From NCBI RefSeq assembly GCF_009914755.1, contig NC_060935.1: DNA of 64,000 nt. One strand, written 5' to 3'. Positions within the stretch are counted from its first letter, which is position 1. Every line of letters begins with the position of its first letter. Below, piece after piece: positions 1 to 20,199 of the stretch. The DNA comes from the human T2T-CHM13v2.0 reference genome, Homo sapiens. The translations under genes were made by a program, and so were the position numbers. The notes under the pieces were generated by a model, which worked only from the letters and a program-made list of their open reading frames with translations, was not told where the DNA came from and ran no database searches.

Positions 1-1329
1 GAATGTTATCTTCATGAAAATAATGAGAATGATAGATATATTCTCGTCAATACTTTGTAATCTTTAGCAAGTTATTTAGCTTTTCTGGTCTTCAAATCCT
101 CATAGGAGTAGGGGTTGGGGACAGCTTGGCATTGATCTCTACTGTCTTTTGCAATAATTTTGTCTCTAGCTGCATGTGGAATCACTTCTATTTTAATTTA
201 TGTTTCTTTCTTTCTTTTTTCCTATCTTCCACAGACATGAAAGCCATTTGCAGCAAAGACTGAACCAACCAACATTTAAATAAAATCTGAGAACAAGGCC
301 ATTTCTAAAATAAGATACAAAACCAGGTGAAAGGCCAGTATTGCTCTGAGAAGAGACCAGGAGAAAAAGAAAACACTCGGCACTAAGAATCATTCTTGTG
401 CCAAACTATGAAGAGAGGAAAGCTATATAAGGAAAATCCATGAGCTTGGAGTTAATGTTTAGTATAACAAAAGTACATTCAATACACATCAACCTAGATA
501 GCTACAAAAATGGCTCTTTGGAAAATAAAAAGCAAAATTGCAAAAAAAAAAAAAAAAAAAAGGTTCTACAAAGTTCACTTTCTCCCGTGTATGGAGTTTT
601 ATGAAGCCCTCAAGATGGCAAATAGATTAATATAAAGTGGTCACTGATTGCCTGGCCATTTATTCTTTCTGGCCCTGAAATTTCACAGTGAATCTTAACA
701 TTTTGAAAGAACAGAGGAACTGCGATTCTTTAGCTTGGGAAGAACTTATTCAGCATAAGACTGATCAGCAACTTTCACTACACCCTTCCCAAACCACCCC
801 CAACCTCCATATCACTTCTTTACTGTTAGTTTAGTAAAAGTTCATTGACCTTAAGTGAACTCCCAGAAAACTATTAAACTGGATTTTGAAAGTTTTTGCC
901 AAGTGCTTTTCTCATCATTCAGGAAAATGAACATCTATTTTACTACTGTTTTGTGTTCACTGGATTGTCAATACTGTGATATATTTTGCATTCATTATTT
1001 CTACATGCCTAAAAGAGTAGACTCCAGATACCCCCTTTTCAGCTTTCCCCTATCTGTCCACCATGCAATACACTTGGTGGAAAGGGATTATAAAAGAGAT
1101 GCAGCCTTCACCATTTCAACAATCATGTCATGTCAAGATGCCTTAGGGAGGGTGAATTCTAAATTCTAAAAATTCTTATCTTTATTGCCAAAAACTTGTG
1201 CCAAATAATTTCCTTTAACATGTTCTTAATATTTTTTTTGGAACTGAATTTGAGACCCAAGCAAAATTTAATCTAAATTATATGATGAAATTCCAAGTTT
1301 GACAGAGTCTGACAACAATCCTGCTAAAG

Positions 1330-2493
<1,164 letters not shown>

Positions 2494-2589
2494 CATCCTC
2501 AGTCTTAATCTAGTGCCTAACACATACTAGTCAATATTTGTCAAATAAGTAATTCTTCTTCTATAAAATATGCTGATCCCCAAATTGCA

Positions 2590-2707
2590 CTTTTTTTAAG
2601 AGATGGGGTCTCCTATGTGGCCCAGACTGGACTCCTGGGGTCAAGTGACCCTCCTGCCTCAGGCTTCCAAGAAGGAGGAATTACACATGCCCACTATGGC
2701 ACCCAGC
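2590..2707 (-). mobile_element. FLAM / Alu monomer
   Basis: Single diverged Alu arm. Confidence 0.75.
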
Positions 2708-3489
2708 TTCCCAAATGAATATTTGAAACAGCACTGGGATGGGATTAAGGGTAGAAAAGGAAGGTAAATAGAATATCAATTACTAAACAAAAAATAATTC
2801 TGTTCTGCGAAATAATAGTTCACAGAAGGCACTAGAGAGTAACAGCATCAGTTTTTAAAAACTGTCACATATTTTTGCTCTGTCAACAAGAAAATCTTTG
2901 AAAAGGACTAGAGCGGGTGAACTGCTCTAATTAGAACAAATTTTAAATTAACTATAACATTACTACAAGAAAATAATTATCCTAGTCTATTCTATGTAAA
3001 CACAGCAGTATATGATTCTTTGGCTCCTGAGTGAAATGCCACTTCATTCCTGCAACAATGGACTCTTCAGGACTGACTGGATATGGGGGCTTAGAAAATA
3101 ACATTATTTGAAAAGGTCACAAATCTGACTGTTCTTTCTAACTGAATATTTATCCTTATGTCTCAATAAGACACTAAAATTACCTATATAATTTTGTCAA
3201 CGGCACTTACTCGTGTCGAAATTATCCCTCTTACACCTCTCATATTTAGTGGTCCTTGCTCTGAGGACCACTAAAGAGAACAACATGTAAGTACTTTACT
3301 TTAGTTACATGTACTACATAGTGTTTAAGTGTTATTTAAGTCTACAAATATTTCAAAGGTTCCCTTTTCTCAGGCCTGATACTACAGAGGTAGAGGAGTC
3401 ATTATAGCATTGAACTATCAACAATTTCCTGGACTCAAGTCCTGTCCAGATGACTCACTTTTTTAAGGTTATGGTACTGATTAAGAACA

Positions 3490-3680
3490 TGTAGTCTAAA
3501 GACCCAAGCTGAAATCATGGCTCCTCCACTTATGAACAAACTAAGTTCTTAATTTCTGTAAGACTAAATTTCCCCATGCAAAGATGAGGGTGAGTATATA
3601 AATGTCATGGAGGTTATTATAAAGATGAAATGAAATAAATACATCAAAAGGTTAACCTAACACCAACTATATGGTAAGAG
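3490..3680 (+). mobile_element. MIR
   Basis: aaatcatggctcctccactta...tttccccatgcaaagatgagg...aaatgaaataa MIR core. Confidence 0.6.
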
Positions 3681-3747
3681 AACAAATGGATCAAAGTTAC
3701 TTTTTGTCTCCTTCCTTTCCATCGGGCTACAGTTTGCATTTGCTTGA

Positions 3748-3956
3748 TTTTATTTATTTATTTTTTTTTGAGGCAGGGTCTTGCTCTATCACCCAGGCTG
3801 GGGTGCAGTGGCACAAACACAGCTCACTGTAGCCTCAACCTCCTGGGCTCAAGCAATCCTCCTGCCCCAGCCTCTTGAGTAGCGAGGACCACAAGCATGT
3901 GCCACCAAGCCCAGCTAATTAAAAATTTTTTTATAGATGGGGGTTTCACCATGTTG
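3748..3956 (-). mobile_element. AluJ, 5' part missing
   Basis: Poly-T plus right arm with AluJ diagnostics (cctcaacctcctgggctcaagcaatcc). Confidence 0.85.
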
Positions 3957-3959
3957 TAA

Positions 3960-4748
<789 letters not shown>

Positions 4749-4754
4749 TCTTTG

Positions 4755-4900
4755 GCAATGGTTCTTAATGAAGAGTATTAGTTCAGGGCTCTACCTCTGA
4801 AGACCTCTCTTCAGAAAGTCTAAGAAGGGTCCTGGTCACGGATATATTTAAAAGCTCTACTAGTAATTATGATGTGAATCCTGATAAAGAAATACTGCCC
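4755..4900. mobile_element. MER5-type hAT MITE
   Basis: caatggttctt...atatatttaaaagctctactagtaattatgatg...aaatactg. Confidence 0.5.
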
Positions 4901-4944
4901 TAAAAAAGGTTTAGACCTCTAATTAATATACTTTTTAAAAGGTT

Positions 4945-6470
<1,526 letters not shown>

Positions 6471-6549
6471 GGGCCCACTTACTGTACTGCTGCAAGTGTG
6501 CACTCTTAAAAAGTAAAAAGTTCAGCACAGATGCTGAATGGTACACTGA

Positions 6550-6849
<300 letters not shown>

Positions 6850-7114
6850 TGAAAGTAAAAGGCACAGATAATTGATACGAAAGGTAGTATTTCATAAAAA
6901 GGGTACACTTGCAGAGGCCTATATACTATGAATGAAATAAAAATTTTCTAATACTCTTGACAGACTCCAAATCAAACAGAGCTTGGTTTATGAACATAAA
7001 AGCACAAAGGAACCATCAAAAAGTAGAAATAGGCAAACTGCTTTTACAGAAGGAGTTAGCCTATAGAAAGAATATATGAAAAATCCCTCTTCATTTTCCC
7101 TGAATTGGAGGAAT

Positions 7115-7152
7115 AAGAAGGAGGAGGAGGAGGAGAAGGAAGAAGAGGAAGA
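7115..7152. repeat. (GAG/GAA)n purine simple repeat
   Basis: aagaaggaggaggaggaggagaaggaagaagaggaaga. Confidence 0.8.
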
Positions 7153-8421
7153 ATGGCATGCTCTGCCATGCCAGGCCTTGTAGGCTGCATGAATACTAAA
7201 AATGAACACTCTTAATGATAGGATCATGGGATGACCTATACAAAAGGCAGAGAAACTCTGGGTTGAACTATTTGAACCGTTATCTCCAAATTCCCAAGTT
7301 ACAGCCAACCCTCCACTGCTATATAGGAAATACCAGTATCATCAAATCATACATATATTTTGGCTAAGAAAACTTCTGAGATAACTCTTTCTACAGTAGT
7401 CCCTAAAATACTATCTGCCTAAAATTCAAATTTTTCCACTGAACTTCACACCATATTGTCCTAAAGGAGAATCAGGAGGAAAGCCCAGAATAATTACCCA
7501 GTTGAAGAAACTAAATAAAAGTCCCTAAAGAATGTTCCAGAAACAAAAAACAAGTCTCTACCTCCTGATCTTTATCCTAATTCACATGCTAAATCCACCT
7601 CTTAAATGTGAAATAAGGCTGGCTTGGGTTTTGCATATTCTCCAACTGTAAAGATCTATGTGACACATGTCTGTTTATCCGTCCCTTACACCTGTTTCAT
7701 GTGGCAAAACACCAGTTTGGTTTTTTTTTTTTTTTTTTTTCTGTGTAGGGTATATGTGGGAAATAAAATAGGAATTGACATCAAAATAAATAAAACTAAT
7801 GTGGCTAGCAACGAATACATGTGACTAAGCTTATTTGTTATCAGCTTTTACTTGTGAGAGGGAAGGAAAACCATGACTGAATTTATTGGCAATTTTTTCT
7901 AAAGGAGCAAAGATAAAATTTCCTTTTATTTTCTGTAAAACACATACAAACACACATACACATATTATTTTTTCCTACAGTCTTTGTTACAGCACATCTT
8001 CTACAGCCTATGAGGCATTTCTATTAAGTGGTTCCCTAAAAACAAGCAAATATAACACCGGTGAAGAGAGAAATTTAATCTGTTCGTATCTATCAACTTT
8101 AGGGTGATCACAGGTCTTGGTTTGCCCAGGAAAAACCCATTTTATGCTGACTGCTCCAGAATAACTGTTATCAGCCCTCCCTTTCACTCTTTAAAGTGTC
8201 CTTGTTTAGATGCCCCAGCTCTGCCCCCAGAACTGCACTTAAGGTTGTTAGTGGGTTTCAGTGAAGTAAAATACACGGAAATGTTTCCGTGGTTTCTATA
8301 ATTCATGCACACAGTTCACAGGTAAATTTTTACAATTTTGACTTAAAAAAAAAAAAACCACTAAATTTTCTGAATTCATAGCAAGAGAAATTCACACCCA
8401 CTGCATGAAAATGTAAAATGA

Positions 8422-8551
8422 AGCCAGGAGTGGTAGCTCATGTCTGTAGTTCCAACAGTTTGGGAGACTGAGGAAGGAGGATCACTTCACCCTAGGAGTT
8501 TGAGACCAGCCTGGGCAACATAATGAAACCTTGTCTCTTAAAGAAAACAAA

Positions 8552-8599
<48 letters not shown>
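8422..8599 (+). mobile_element. FLAM/AluJ left monomer followed by a (CA)n microsatellite (about 8554-8598)
   Basis: Single Alu arm then about 22 CA units. Confidence 0.88.
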
Positions 8600-8601
<2 letters not shown>

Positions 8602-8904
8602 GTATGTATATATCTTATGTTAAAAGAGAAAAAGAAATTTCAGTTTCACATAATAAGGGTACTTTAAGATATCCTAACAGATCCAATAGCATAGTATTTC
8701 AAGTTTTTAAATGCATTTTCTGATGGAGTTTTTTTTTTTTAACTGATTTTTCCCCCCAACTAGAATATACTGGTGAACTAAATCAAAAGCATGGAAGTAA
8801 TTCAAGCTCACAGGTTATAGCAGCAAAGAAGGAATGGATACAGAAGCTTAGGGCCTAGCTATCTGTCTGTATCTTATCATCATTATCTACCTGAAGTCAT
8901 ATTG

Positions 8905-9008
8905 ATTTATTCATTCAACAAATATTTATTAGACTACTAATCACTGTGGAAAATACAGAGGTAAATCAGGTATGGCCTGTACCTTCAAAAAGTTTATAGA
9001 CTAGCAGG
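8905..9008 (-). mobile_element. L2 3' end
   Basis: ttcattcaacaaatatttatt terminal motif. Confidence 0.65.
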
Positions 9009-9029
9009 GTCTTCCCTGACCTAAAAATA

Positions 9030-9728
9030 CAAGCTAAGATATAAAATCCCTAGGAAAAAACATGGAAGAAAAATGTTGGCAATCTTTTGGACAGGATAAA
9101 GAAATTCATGAACCACATAAGAAAAAGACTATAATACACTAACAGAATAAGAAGCTTCTGGTCTTCAAAAAAACTATTTTAAAATGGAAAGAAAAGGCAG
9201 ACTGGGGAAAAAAAGTACAACACCTATATCTGATAAAGGGCTTGTATCCAGAATATATAAAGAACTCTTACAACCCAATAATAAAACAAACAACCTAGTA
9301 AAAATTGGATGAAAAAAATTGAAAAGATAGTTCAAAAACAAGATATATGAACAGCCAGTAAGCACATGAAAAAAATGTTCAACAGTACTGGTCACTACAG
9401 AAATACAATTTAAAACCACAATGACATATCCTATACTCACTAGAATGACTATAATTAAAAATACAACATCATCTTTTGTCAAAGACGTGGACCAACCGGC
9501 ATCCTCATCCACTGCTAGCGGGCATGTAAATAATACAATTACTTCAGCAAATTACTTGGTAGATTCTTACAAAGTTAAGCATTAACTTAATTCCTAGTTA
9601 TTTACCCAAGGGAAATAAAAACATATGTCCACACACAGACTCCTGCATGAATTTTCAGAGAGCTTCATCATCACAATAGCTCCACACACAGGAAACAACT
9701 AAGTATCAAACGACAGATGGATTGACAG
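9030..9728 (+). mobile_element. Old L1M ORF2-end/3'UTR (host element; resumes at about 14060-15110)
   Basis: atatctgataaagggcttgtatccagaatatataaagaactc...; the continuation tgatggtatatccattcagtggga appears at about 14085. Confidence 0.8.
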
Positions 9729-9809
9729 TATTTTGGGAAGATGGCAGAGAAGAAACCACCAGGAATCTGTCTACCCACCTAGACAAGTGCACTAGTAGTA
9801 TTTGTCTGA

Positions 9810-10112
<303 letters not shown>

Positions 10113-10702
10113 TGATGTAACTGTTTTTGAAACTTGCAGTCTATGGAATACCCGCAACTTCCAGAGAAAGGCTTATACAGTAAATTGTAGTTAGTTTTGG
10201 TCAATTTCAGCTCTTAGCACAGTAGCAGTTGCCCATACCCCTCTCCCAGCCCTGAGGGAGGCAGCTGTGCACGTCTTCCTGGAACCCCGTGCACACAGCT
10301 TGAGGGAGCTGAGTTGGAGAAAAAAGGATCCTCCAAATACTGGGAATCTAGGCCTAGATTGCTGATTGTGGTTTCTAATCACAGAGATACAGAGAGGCAG
10401 TCACCTCCTCTGATTGTTACACGCCCCTCCCCACCCCCCACCCTGCCCCGGTATTATTTAAAGAGCCAGCGGACTTCTCCACTTCATTTTTCTTTTATTT
10501 TCCTTTGGGAGTCAGACATTAAAGACTAGGATGGTCAAAAACAACTGCATATATGGGGAAAATGAGAAAGTGATGGCACCTGCCTAGGGAAAGAATCAGG
10601 CAGGCTCAGAAAGACCTGAGAAGACATTAAGTTTATACTTTGGGCTGAAGCCTGGCATAGAGACAGCCTTCAACAATTTAAAAAAGAAGTCCAAAAGAAT
10701 AA

Positions 10703-11094
<392 letters not shown>

Positions 11095-11608
11095 CAGTTT
11101 TCATTTTTAAAAAAATCACAAGGCATATAAAGAAAGATAAAAATATGACCCATTCAGAGGGGAAAAATAAATCCACAGAAATTGTCCCTGAGAAAGATCT
11201 CAAGCCAGATCTACTCAAAAAAGATTTTTAAACAACTGTCTTAAAGACACTTAAAGAACTAGAAGATGTGGAAAAAGTCAAGAAAATGATGTATGAACAA
11301 AATGGCAATCTTAATAAAAAAAGAACACCTAGGAAAACAAAAGGAAATTCTGCAGCTGAAAAGTATAATTGAAATGAAAATTTCACTAGAAAACCTCAAA
11401 GGCAGATTTCAGCAGGCAAAAGAAAGAATCAGCAAACCTGAAGATAAGACAATGGAAATTATGGAGTCTGGGAACAGAAAGAAAAGACTGAAAAAAAATG
11501 AATAGAGATTAAGTGACCTGTGGGATACCACAACACGACCCAACATATGCATGTGGGAGTCTCGAAAGGAGAAGAGAGAAAAAGGCAAAGAGAGTATCTG
11601 AAGAAATA

Positions 11609-11998
<390 letters not shown>

Positions 11999-12123
11999 TC
12001 AAAGAGGTTCATGCCAAGAAACATTATAATCAAACTTTTGCAAGCCAAACACAAAGAATCATGAAAGTAGGAAGAGAGAAGCAACTCATCTCATGTAAGG
12101 AATCTTCAATAAGATTATCAACA

Positions 12124-12408
12124 GGCCAGGCACAGTGCAATCCCAGCACTTTGGGAGGCTGAGGTGGGAGGATCACTTGAGGCACGGAGTTTGAGACCAG
12201 CCTGGCCAGCAGGACGACATCCTGTTTCTATTAAAAATACAAAAATCAGCTGGGTATAGTGGTGCACGCATGTAGTCCCAGCTACTCAAGAGACTGAAGC
12301 AGGAGAATCACTTTAACCCAGGAGGTGGAGGTTGCAGTGAGCCAACAGCACTCCAGCCTGGGCAACAGAGTGAGACTCTGTCTTTAAAAAGGAAAAAAAA
12401 AAAAAAAA
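12124..12408 (+). mobile_element. AluS/J
   Basis: TSD aagattatcaaca. Confidence 0.88.
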
Positions 12409-13014
12409 AGATTATCAACAGATTCCTCATCAGAAACTTTGGAAGCTAGAAGACAGTGGGCAGATACATTCAAAGTGCTAAAAGAAATGTCAATAAAAAA
12501 TCTTATATTTGGCAAAACTGTCCTTCAAAAGTAAGGGAGAAAGTAAGACATTCCTACTTAAACAAAACCTAAAAGAGTTTGTTACTGGACATGCCCTGCA
12601 AGAAATGCTCAAGGTGGTCCTGCCGGGTGAAATGAAAGTACACTAGGCATTAGCTTGAAGCTATATAAATAAATAAAGATCTTAATCAAAGTAAACACAT
12701 GATTATAATTGTAAAGATTAATTTGATGCCTCATAATCAAATTATATAAACCTGATGCCTCAGGTGTATATAACTGCTCTGTTTGTTTTCTAACTGACTT
12801 AAGAAACTAATACACTTTAAAAAAAAACCTAAAACTAGTATTATTGCAAATTTTGGTTGTAACTCCACATTCTGTTTTCTACAGCTTTAATTTAAGAGGT
12901 TAATGCATTTCAAAGATTTATTCATGTATGTTTTGGGGCACAACTGTATAAAGATGTAATTTTGTGATATCAACAACTGAAAGGGGTGAAGAAGGGGCTG
13001 TTAAAAGTGCAGTC

Positions 13015-13105
13015 AAGAATCCCTTGAACTCAGGAGGTGGAGGATGCAGTAAGCTGGGATCGTGCCACTGCACTCCAGCCTGGGTGATGGAGTGAGACTC
13101 TGTCT

Positions 13106-13143
<38 letters not shown>

Positions 13144-13147
13144 GAAA
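13015..13147 (+). mobile_element. Alu right-arm fragment with A/(AAAAG)n tail
   Basis: gaatcccttgaactcaggaggtggagg...tgtctc plus poly-A. Confidence 0.85.
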
Positions 13148-14364
13148 GTGAGAGTTTTTGTATGTTACTGAAGTTGAGCTGGTATAAATTCAAGTTAGAT
13201 TGTTATAATTTTAGGATCTTCAATGTACTCTCCATGGTAACGACAAAGAAAATAGCTATAGAATATATGCAAAAGAAAATAAGAAAGAAATTTAAATGTT
13301 TCCCTACAAAGAACCAACTAAAGAAAAACACAGTAATGCAGAAAACAAGGGACAAAAAAGCTATAAAGTATATAGAAAACAAATAGCAAAATGAGAGAAG
13401 TTCCTCCTTACCAGTAATTACTTTAAATGTAAATGGATTAAACTCTCCAGTCAAAAGACAGAGATTGGCAGAATGGATTTTTTAAAATGACCCAATTATA
13501 TGCTGTCTATAAAAGATTCACTTTAGATACAAAGAACAAATAAACTGAAAGTGAAAGGATGGAAAAAAAATTTTCCATGCAAATAGGAGACAAAAGAGAG
13601 CACGGGTGGCTATACTATTATCAAACAAAACAGACTAAATACAAAAGGGTTACAAGAAACAATGAAAGACATTATGCATTAATAGGTTCAATACAATCAG
13701 ACACAACAGTTATAAATACTTACATACCTAATGATGGACCATCAAATATAAAGCAAAAAATGACAGAATTGAAGGGAAAAAACAGTTTTACAATACTATT
13801 GGAAACCTCTCAATAATGTAAAGAACCAGACAGAAGATAACTAAAAAGAGAGAGAGAGGACTTAATACAATAAAACCAGATCTAACAAACATATACAGAA
13901 CACTCTTCAAATGATCAAAATTTTCATATGTGTATGTGTTATTTATTCAAACTAAAACTGAATATATATTCATTAAAAATGTGTGCTAGTGGTTATAAAA
14001 ATTGTGAATGTACTTAATGTCACTGAACTACATACTTAAAATGGTACAACAAATGCAAAAAAAGAGAACGAATTAACAAATTTGATGGTATATCCATTCA
14101 GTGGGATAATATTCAGCAAAGAAAGGAACAAACTACTGGATAAATCTCAAAAGCATTATGCTGAGTGAAAGAAGACAGCTACAAAGAATAAATACCATAC
14201 GATTTCATTTATATAAGATTCTAAAAAAACGAAAATCTAACCTATGGTGACAATAGATCGGTGGTTGCCTAAGAGCAGGGGTGGGGAAAGAGACTCGAGC
14301 CAAAGGAAAACAAGGAATTTTTTGAGTGACAGAAATAATTCTTTTTGTTGTTACTGTGGTTGTT

Positions 14365-14658
14365 TTTTGTTTTTTTCAGACAGGGTCTTATTCTATTGCT
14401 CAGGCTTCAGTGAAGTGATACAATCATGGTTCACTGCAGCCTTGACCTCCTAGGCTCAAGTGATCCTCCTTCCTCAGCTTTCTGGGTAGCTGAAACTACA
14501 GGCATGTGCCACCACGCTCAGCTAATTTTTAAAATATTTTGTAGAGATGGAGTCTCACTATGTTGCCCAGGCTAGTCCTGAACTCCTAGACTCAAGAAAT
14601 CCCCTCGCCTTGTCCTCCCCAAGTGCTGGGATTACAGGTATAAGCCATGTCACCCAGC
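14365..14658 (-). mobile_element. AluJ
   Basis: gcagccttgacctcctaggctcaag. Confidence 0.88.
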
Positions 14659-14716
14659 GTAATTCTATATCTTGATCATGGAAGTAGTTACTGAGGTGTA
14701 AGAATTTGTCAAAACA

Positions 14717-15119
<403 letters not shown>

Positions 15120-16049
15120 TTAACTGGTATGGGCTGGTTGAAGGTATTTAAAAAAAGAAAAAGAAACAAACAATGATAACAGGAATAACTTACCAATAAA
15201 CTGGTTTATTCTGCTACTTAATTATTTAAACTATAATCTTGTTCCAACTATTGTATAAAAGGAGAAGTATCAGGCTCCAGGAACCCCAGAAGGGGCACAA
15301 CAACAACGTCCTTCCAAGAACAAAAGAATCTGGAACATAGTGACACCTCATTGCCAACATAAATGACTACAGCTCTTAGGGCAGATTATACCCTAACTTG
15401 CTCTCACTTCTTAGTTCAGTTCTGACTTAGTCTTCAAACTCTGACAGTTAATTGATTTCTCTGTCTTAATTCTTTCCTCCATTCCAGGTGCTGATTTAGT
15501 TTAAACTTCTGATCTGTCTTGTGAGAGTCCTGAAACCCAGCAGCTTGTTCCAATCCTCTGCTTTGTATGAACTCCAGTTCTGTCAGTAATATAAAATAAT
15601 TTGATTATTACCTGCCAGCTATTTCTTCCTGGCCACACTACCTTGGCTTTTCTCTGCAACTAGTCCTTTATAATTCACCCAAGGTTCTCCAGGACCCAGA
15701 GGCTCTCATTACCATCAACATAGCACCTAATATTTCAGTGCCTGCACAGGAGTAAACACTGGGCTTTACATGGTATCCAATGCTTACAGCAGCTCTGTAA
15801 TGTGGCCACTATAATGTATTTTTATAGATTAGGAAGTGGAGGCTCGGTCATTAAGCTTATAAAACTAGTATATAAAGTAGCCAGAATTCCAATTTATCTC
15901 TGTACTGCATTTACCTCAACTAACACAATCATTCATTTGAACAAGATCAGTACTTTTTGGCAAGGATAACATTATCTTAGTAGCTACTTCATTCTCTAAC
16001 AGCACTGGTCACCCTCTATATGAGACTATCTCATATTCTTTTAAAAAAT

Positions 16050-16772
<723 letters not shown>

Positions 16773-16774
16773 TG

Positions 16775-16990
16775 GGCCGGGTGCGGTGGCTCATGCCTGT
16801 AATCCCAGCACTTAGGGAAGCCGAGGCGGGCGGATCACCTGAGGTTAGGAGTTTGAGACCTGCCTGGTCAACATGGTAAAACCACGTCTCTACTAAATAT
16901 ACAAAAATTAGCCGGGCGTAGTGGTGGGCGCCTGTAATCCCAGCTACTTGGGAGGCTGAGGCAGGAGAATTGCTTGAACCTGGGAGGCAG
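16775..16990 (+). mobile_element. AluS, 3'-deleted
   Basis: Ends abruptly at gggaggcag with no tail. Confidence 0.88.
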
Positions 16991-17045
16991 TTATAACTCC
17001 AATTACTGTACATATTGGTCTACTAAGGATTAATCTGATGCCTCA

Positions 17046-17739
<694 letters not shown>

Positions 17740-18564
17740 TCTCACTACAGTAACCTGCACTTGCTTTTAGAGAATATCAACAGGCACAGCATTTCAGGCA
17801 CAATGTGTTCTATTTATATAATTGCTCAAAAGGCTCACTGGGAATTTTTTAAAACAACTCACATGAAACTTGCTTATTACAAAGGCACTCAATCCTTCAT
17901 ATACTTTTTCTGCTTAGCCAGACAGACCTCAGTGAATTAGGTAACAGAAGAGTGGAGTCCCATACACTTGAAATGGAGAAAAGGCAGGTTAGTATTCCCT
18001 TCACAAAGGAATTCAATACTAGAAACGGGTAGAGAATCCAGTATTTAGATTTCCAAAGGCGGCAAGCAGACACTGCAGAGTTAGCACATTAGACAGAGAC
18101 ACTAAATCATTATGCAAATAATGTATAACCTAACTAGCAATTAAAGAAAAGCAAATTAATACCATTCAAGCTAGTAAAAATGAAGTTAAAATGGTGAATT
18201 AAGCAGATATTTCTATTCACTTCTTCCTGAGACAACTTTAAAATAATAATAAAAAAACTAAAAGGAAGAATCATGAAGGGGGCCTTCAGTGGACAAGAGG
18301 TCGCGACAAATTACTGAAGGACAGAAAACAGATGGCTGAGTGATGACCAATATGGCAAAGCATGGAAGCTGTTATCTGGAATATGAAGTATGCTGCAGCA
18401 GAAAATTAGTGACTGACACACAGAACCTTGGTGAGACTGGGGGTAGGAGAAATGGGGATGCATTAAGAGTTTACATATGAACAGTAAATGCTCCCCCACC
18501 CACCCATCAGCATAGCTAGAAGCCAGATGTCCTCACCACTCAGGGAACAAAGGATCTTTCTCTA

Positions 18565-18650
18565 AAGCATTGGTTCTCAGCATCAGCATCACCTGGGGGC
18601 CTGTGACACAGGTTGGGAGGTCCCACTCCCAGGGGTTCTGATTCAGTAGT
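18565..18650. mobile_element. MER5A fragment
   Basis: cattggttctcagcatcagcatcacctggg...ttctgattcagtag. Confidence 0.6.
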
Positions 18651-18659
18651 GTTTGCTAG

Positions 18660-19170
18660 GGGTTGGGGGTAGGAGAAAATGGGAAGTGACTGCTAACGGG
18701 TTTGGAGTTTCTTTTTGGAGTGATAAAAATGTTACAAAATTAGGTAATGTTGATGGTTATACAACTTTGTGATCATAGTAAAAACGACTGAATTGTTTAC
18801 TTTTATTTCTTTTAAGAGACAGGGTCTGGTTCTGTTACTCTGGCTGGAGTGCAGTGGTGTGTTTATAGCTCACTGCAGCCTTGAATCCTGGGCTCAAGCA
18901 ATCCTCCTGCCTCAGCCTCTAAAGTAGCTGGGACTACAGGGGTGCACCACCATGCCTGGCTGATTAAAAAAAAAAAAACAAAACAATTTAAGAGGGAGTC
19001 TTGCTATTGTCCAGTCTAGTCTCAAACTCTAGGCTCAAGCCGTCCTCTTGCCTCGGCCTCCCAAAGCCCTGAGATTACAGCCCTGAGCCACTGCACCTGG
19101 CCTGAACTGTGTACTTTTAATGGATGAATTTTATGGTATGTGAATTATATCTCAATAAAGTTGTTCTTTA
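18660..19170 (+). mobile_element. L1MB-type 3' end with nested AluJ (18801-19102, minus)
   Basis: gggaagtgactgctaacggg...tgtgaattatatctcaataaag; Alu TSD about tgaa(t/c)tgt(t/g)tactttta. Confidence 0.82.
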
Positions 19171-20199
19171 AAAAAATCATTTACTCTTCTGTATATATCT
19201 CTTACAGAAACCCACCAGATAGACTTCAACAACTACAGAATCATGTCTCCTCTTTGTCTTCCCTGTACTAAACATATCCAGTATCTTCAACCATTTCTCT
19301 GGGCCATGAAAAGTTGGGCTATAAAGGAACAACTTCTTCATGTAAAGGTTTATAAAAGATTCTAAGTATTTGGAAGTTGATAAAGACACAGGGCAGAAAA
19401 GCTACAGTTTTCTATCTTTGGATAATGTGGCTAAATAGAATTTATTCAAGTATAATATATCAAACATGACATAAAAGTACAGAGACATCCCAGAGCCAAA
19501 CACAAACAACATGTATTAGGATAACTAAAAAATTGTACACCATAAAATGCTCTACAATAATGGGGAGAAAGAGCTACATTAACTGGATTTCTGTTTGTCC
19601 AAGAATACAAAAGGAATAGAATCTACATAAAATATAACAGCCAATGGTCATTAAACATGAATGACATTTAAAAATGCACTTCCGTGTAATCACTCTACTG
19701 ATAAGGTTACTTCTAAATTCAATTTGACGTAGACAAGGCAAAATTTTCTTGACATATGCTCTTCTTGCCCTCAGGACAGTAATCACACTCCTAATTTCTC
19801 GTTTAATGCTCATCTTGCTCATCAGACTCTATAGGGTCACGAAGGTTGAAATTATATCTGTCTTGTTCATGTCTACTTTTTGATACACACAGTTTCTCAA
19901 TAAATTGAACTGAGACTGATTTTTGAGCCCTGGATCAGGCAACATGATAGTAACAGAAGCTAAGACAACAAAGAGGAACAAGATACAGATTAAGGACTTT
20001 ATAGGCTAATGGGAAGATAAGAAAATAATTTCAATATTTTCTGATAAATAGAATTGATAGAAACCCCTTTCCAATAGATAACTGTCTTTATTTTGTATTA
20101 ATAGTTACAAAATTAAATAAGACAATCCCTAAATTGAAAAGCTCACAGTCAAAGCTATAAAGAAATAAACCAACGATTCCATGTTACAAAATAGGCACA

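Noticed and set aside
524-561. AATAAA followed by A20, resembling a retrocopy tail
   Set aside because: No recognisable upstream mRNA or SINE body and no TSD found; more likely a mononucleotide expansion and an oligo-dT mispriming site.
18109-18124. Octamer ATGCAAAT within the near-palindrome CATTATGCAAATAATG
   Set aside because: An 8-mer is expected several times by chance in AT-rich 64 kb; there is no proper Sox-Oct composite.
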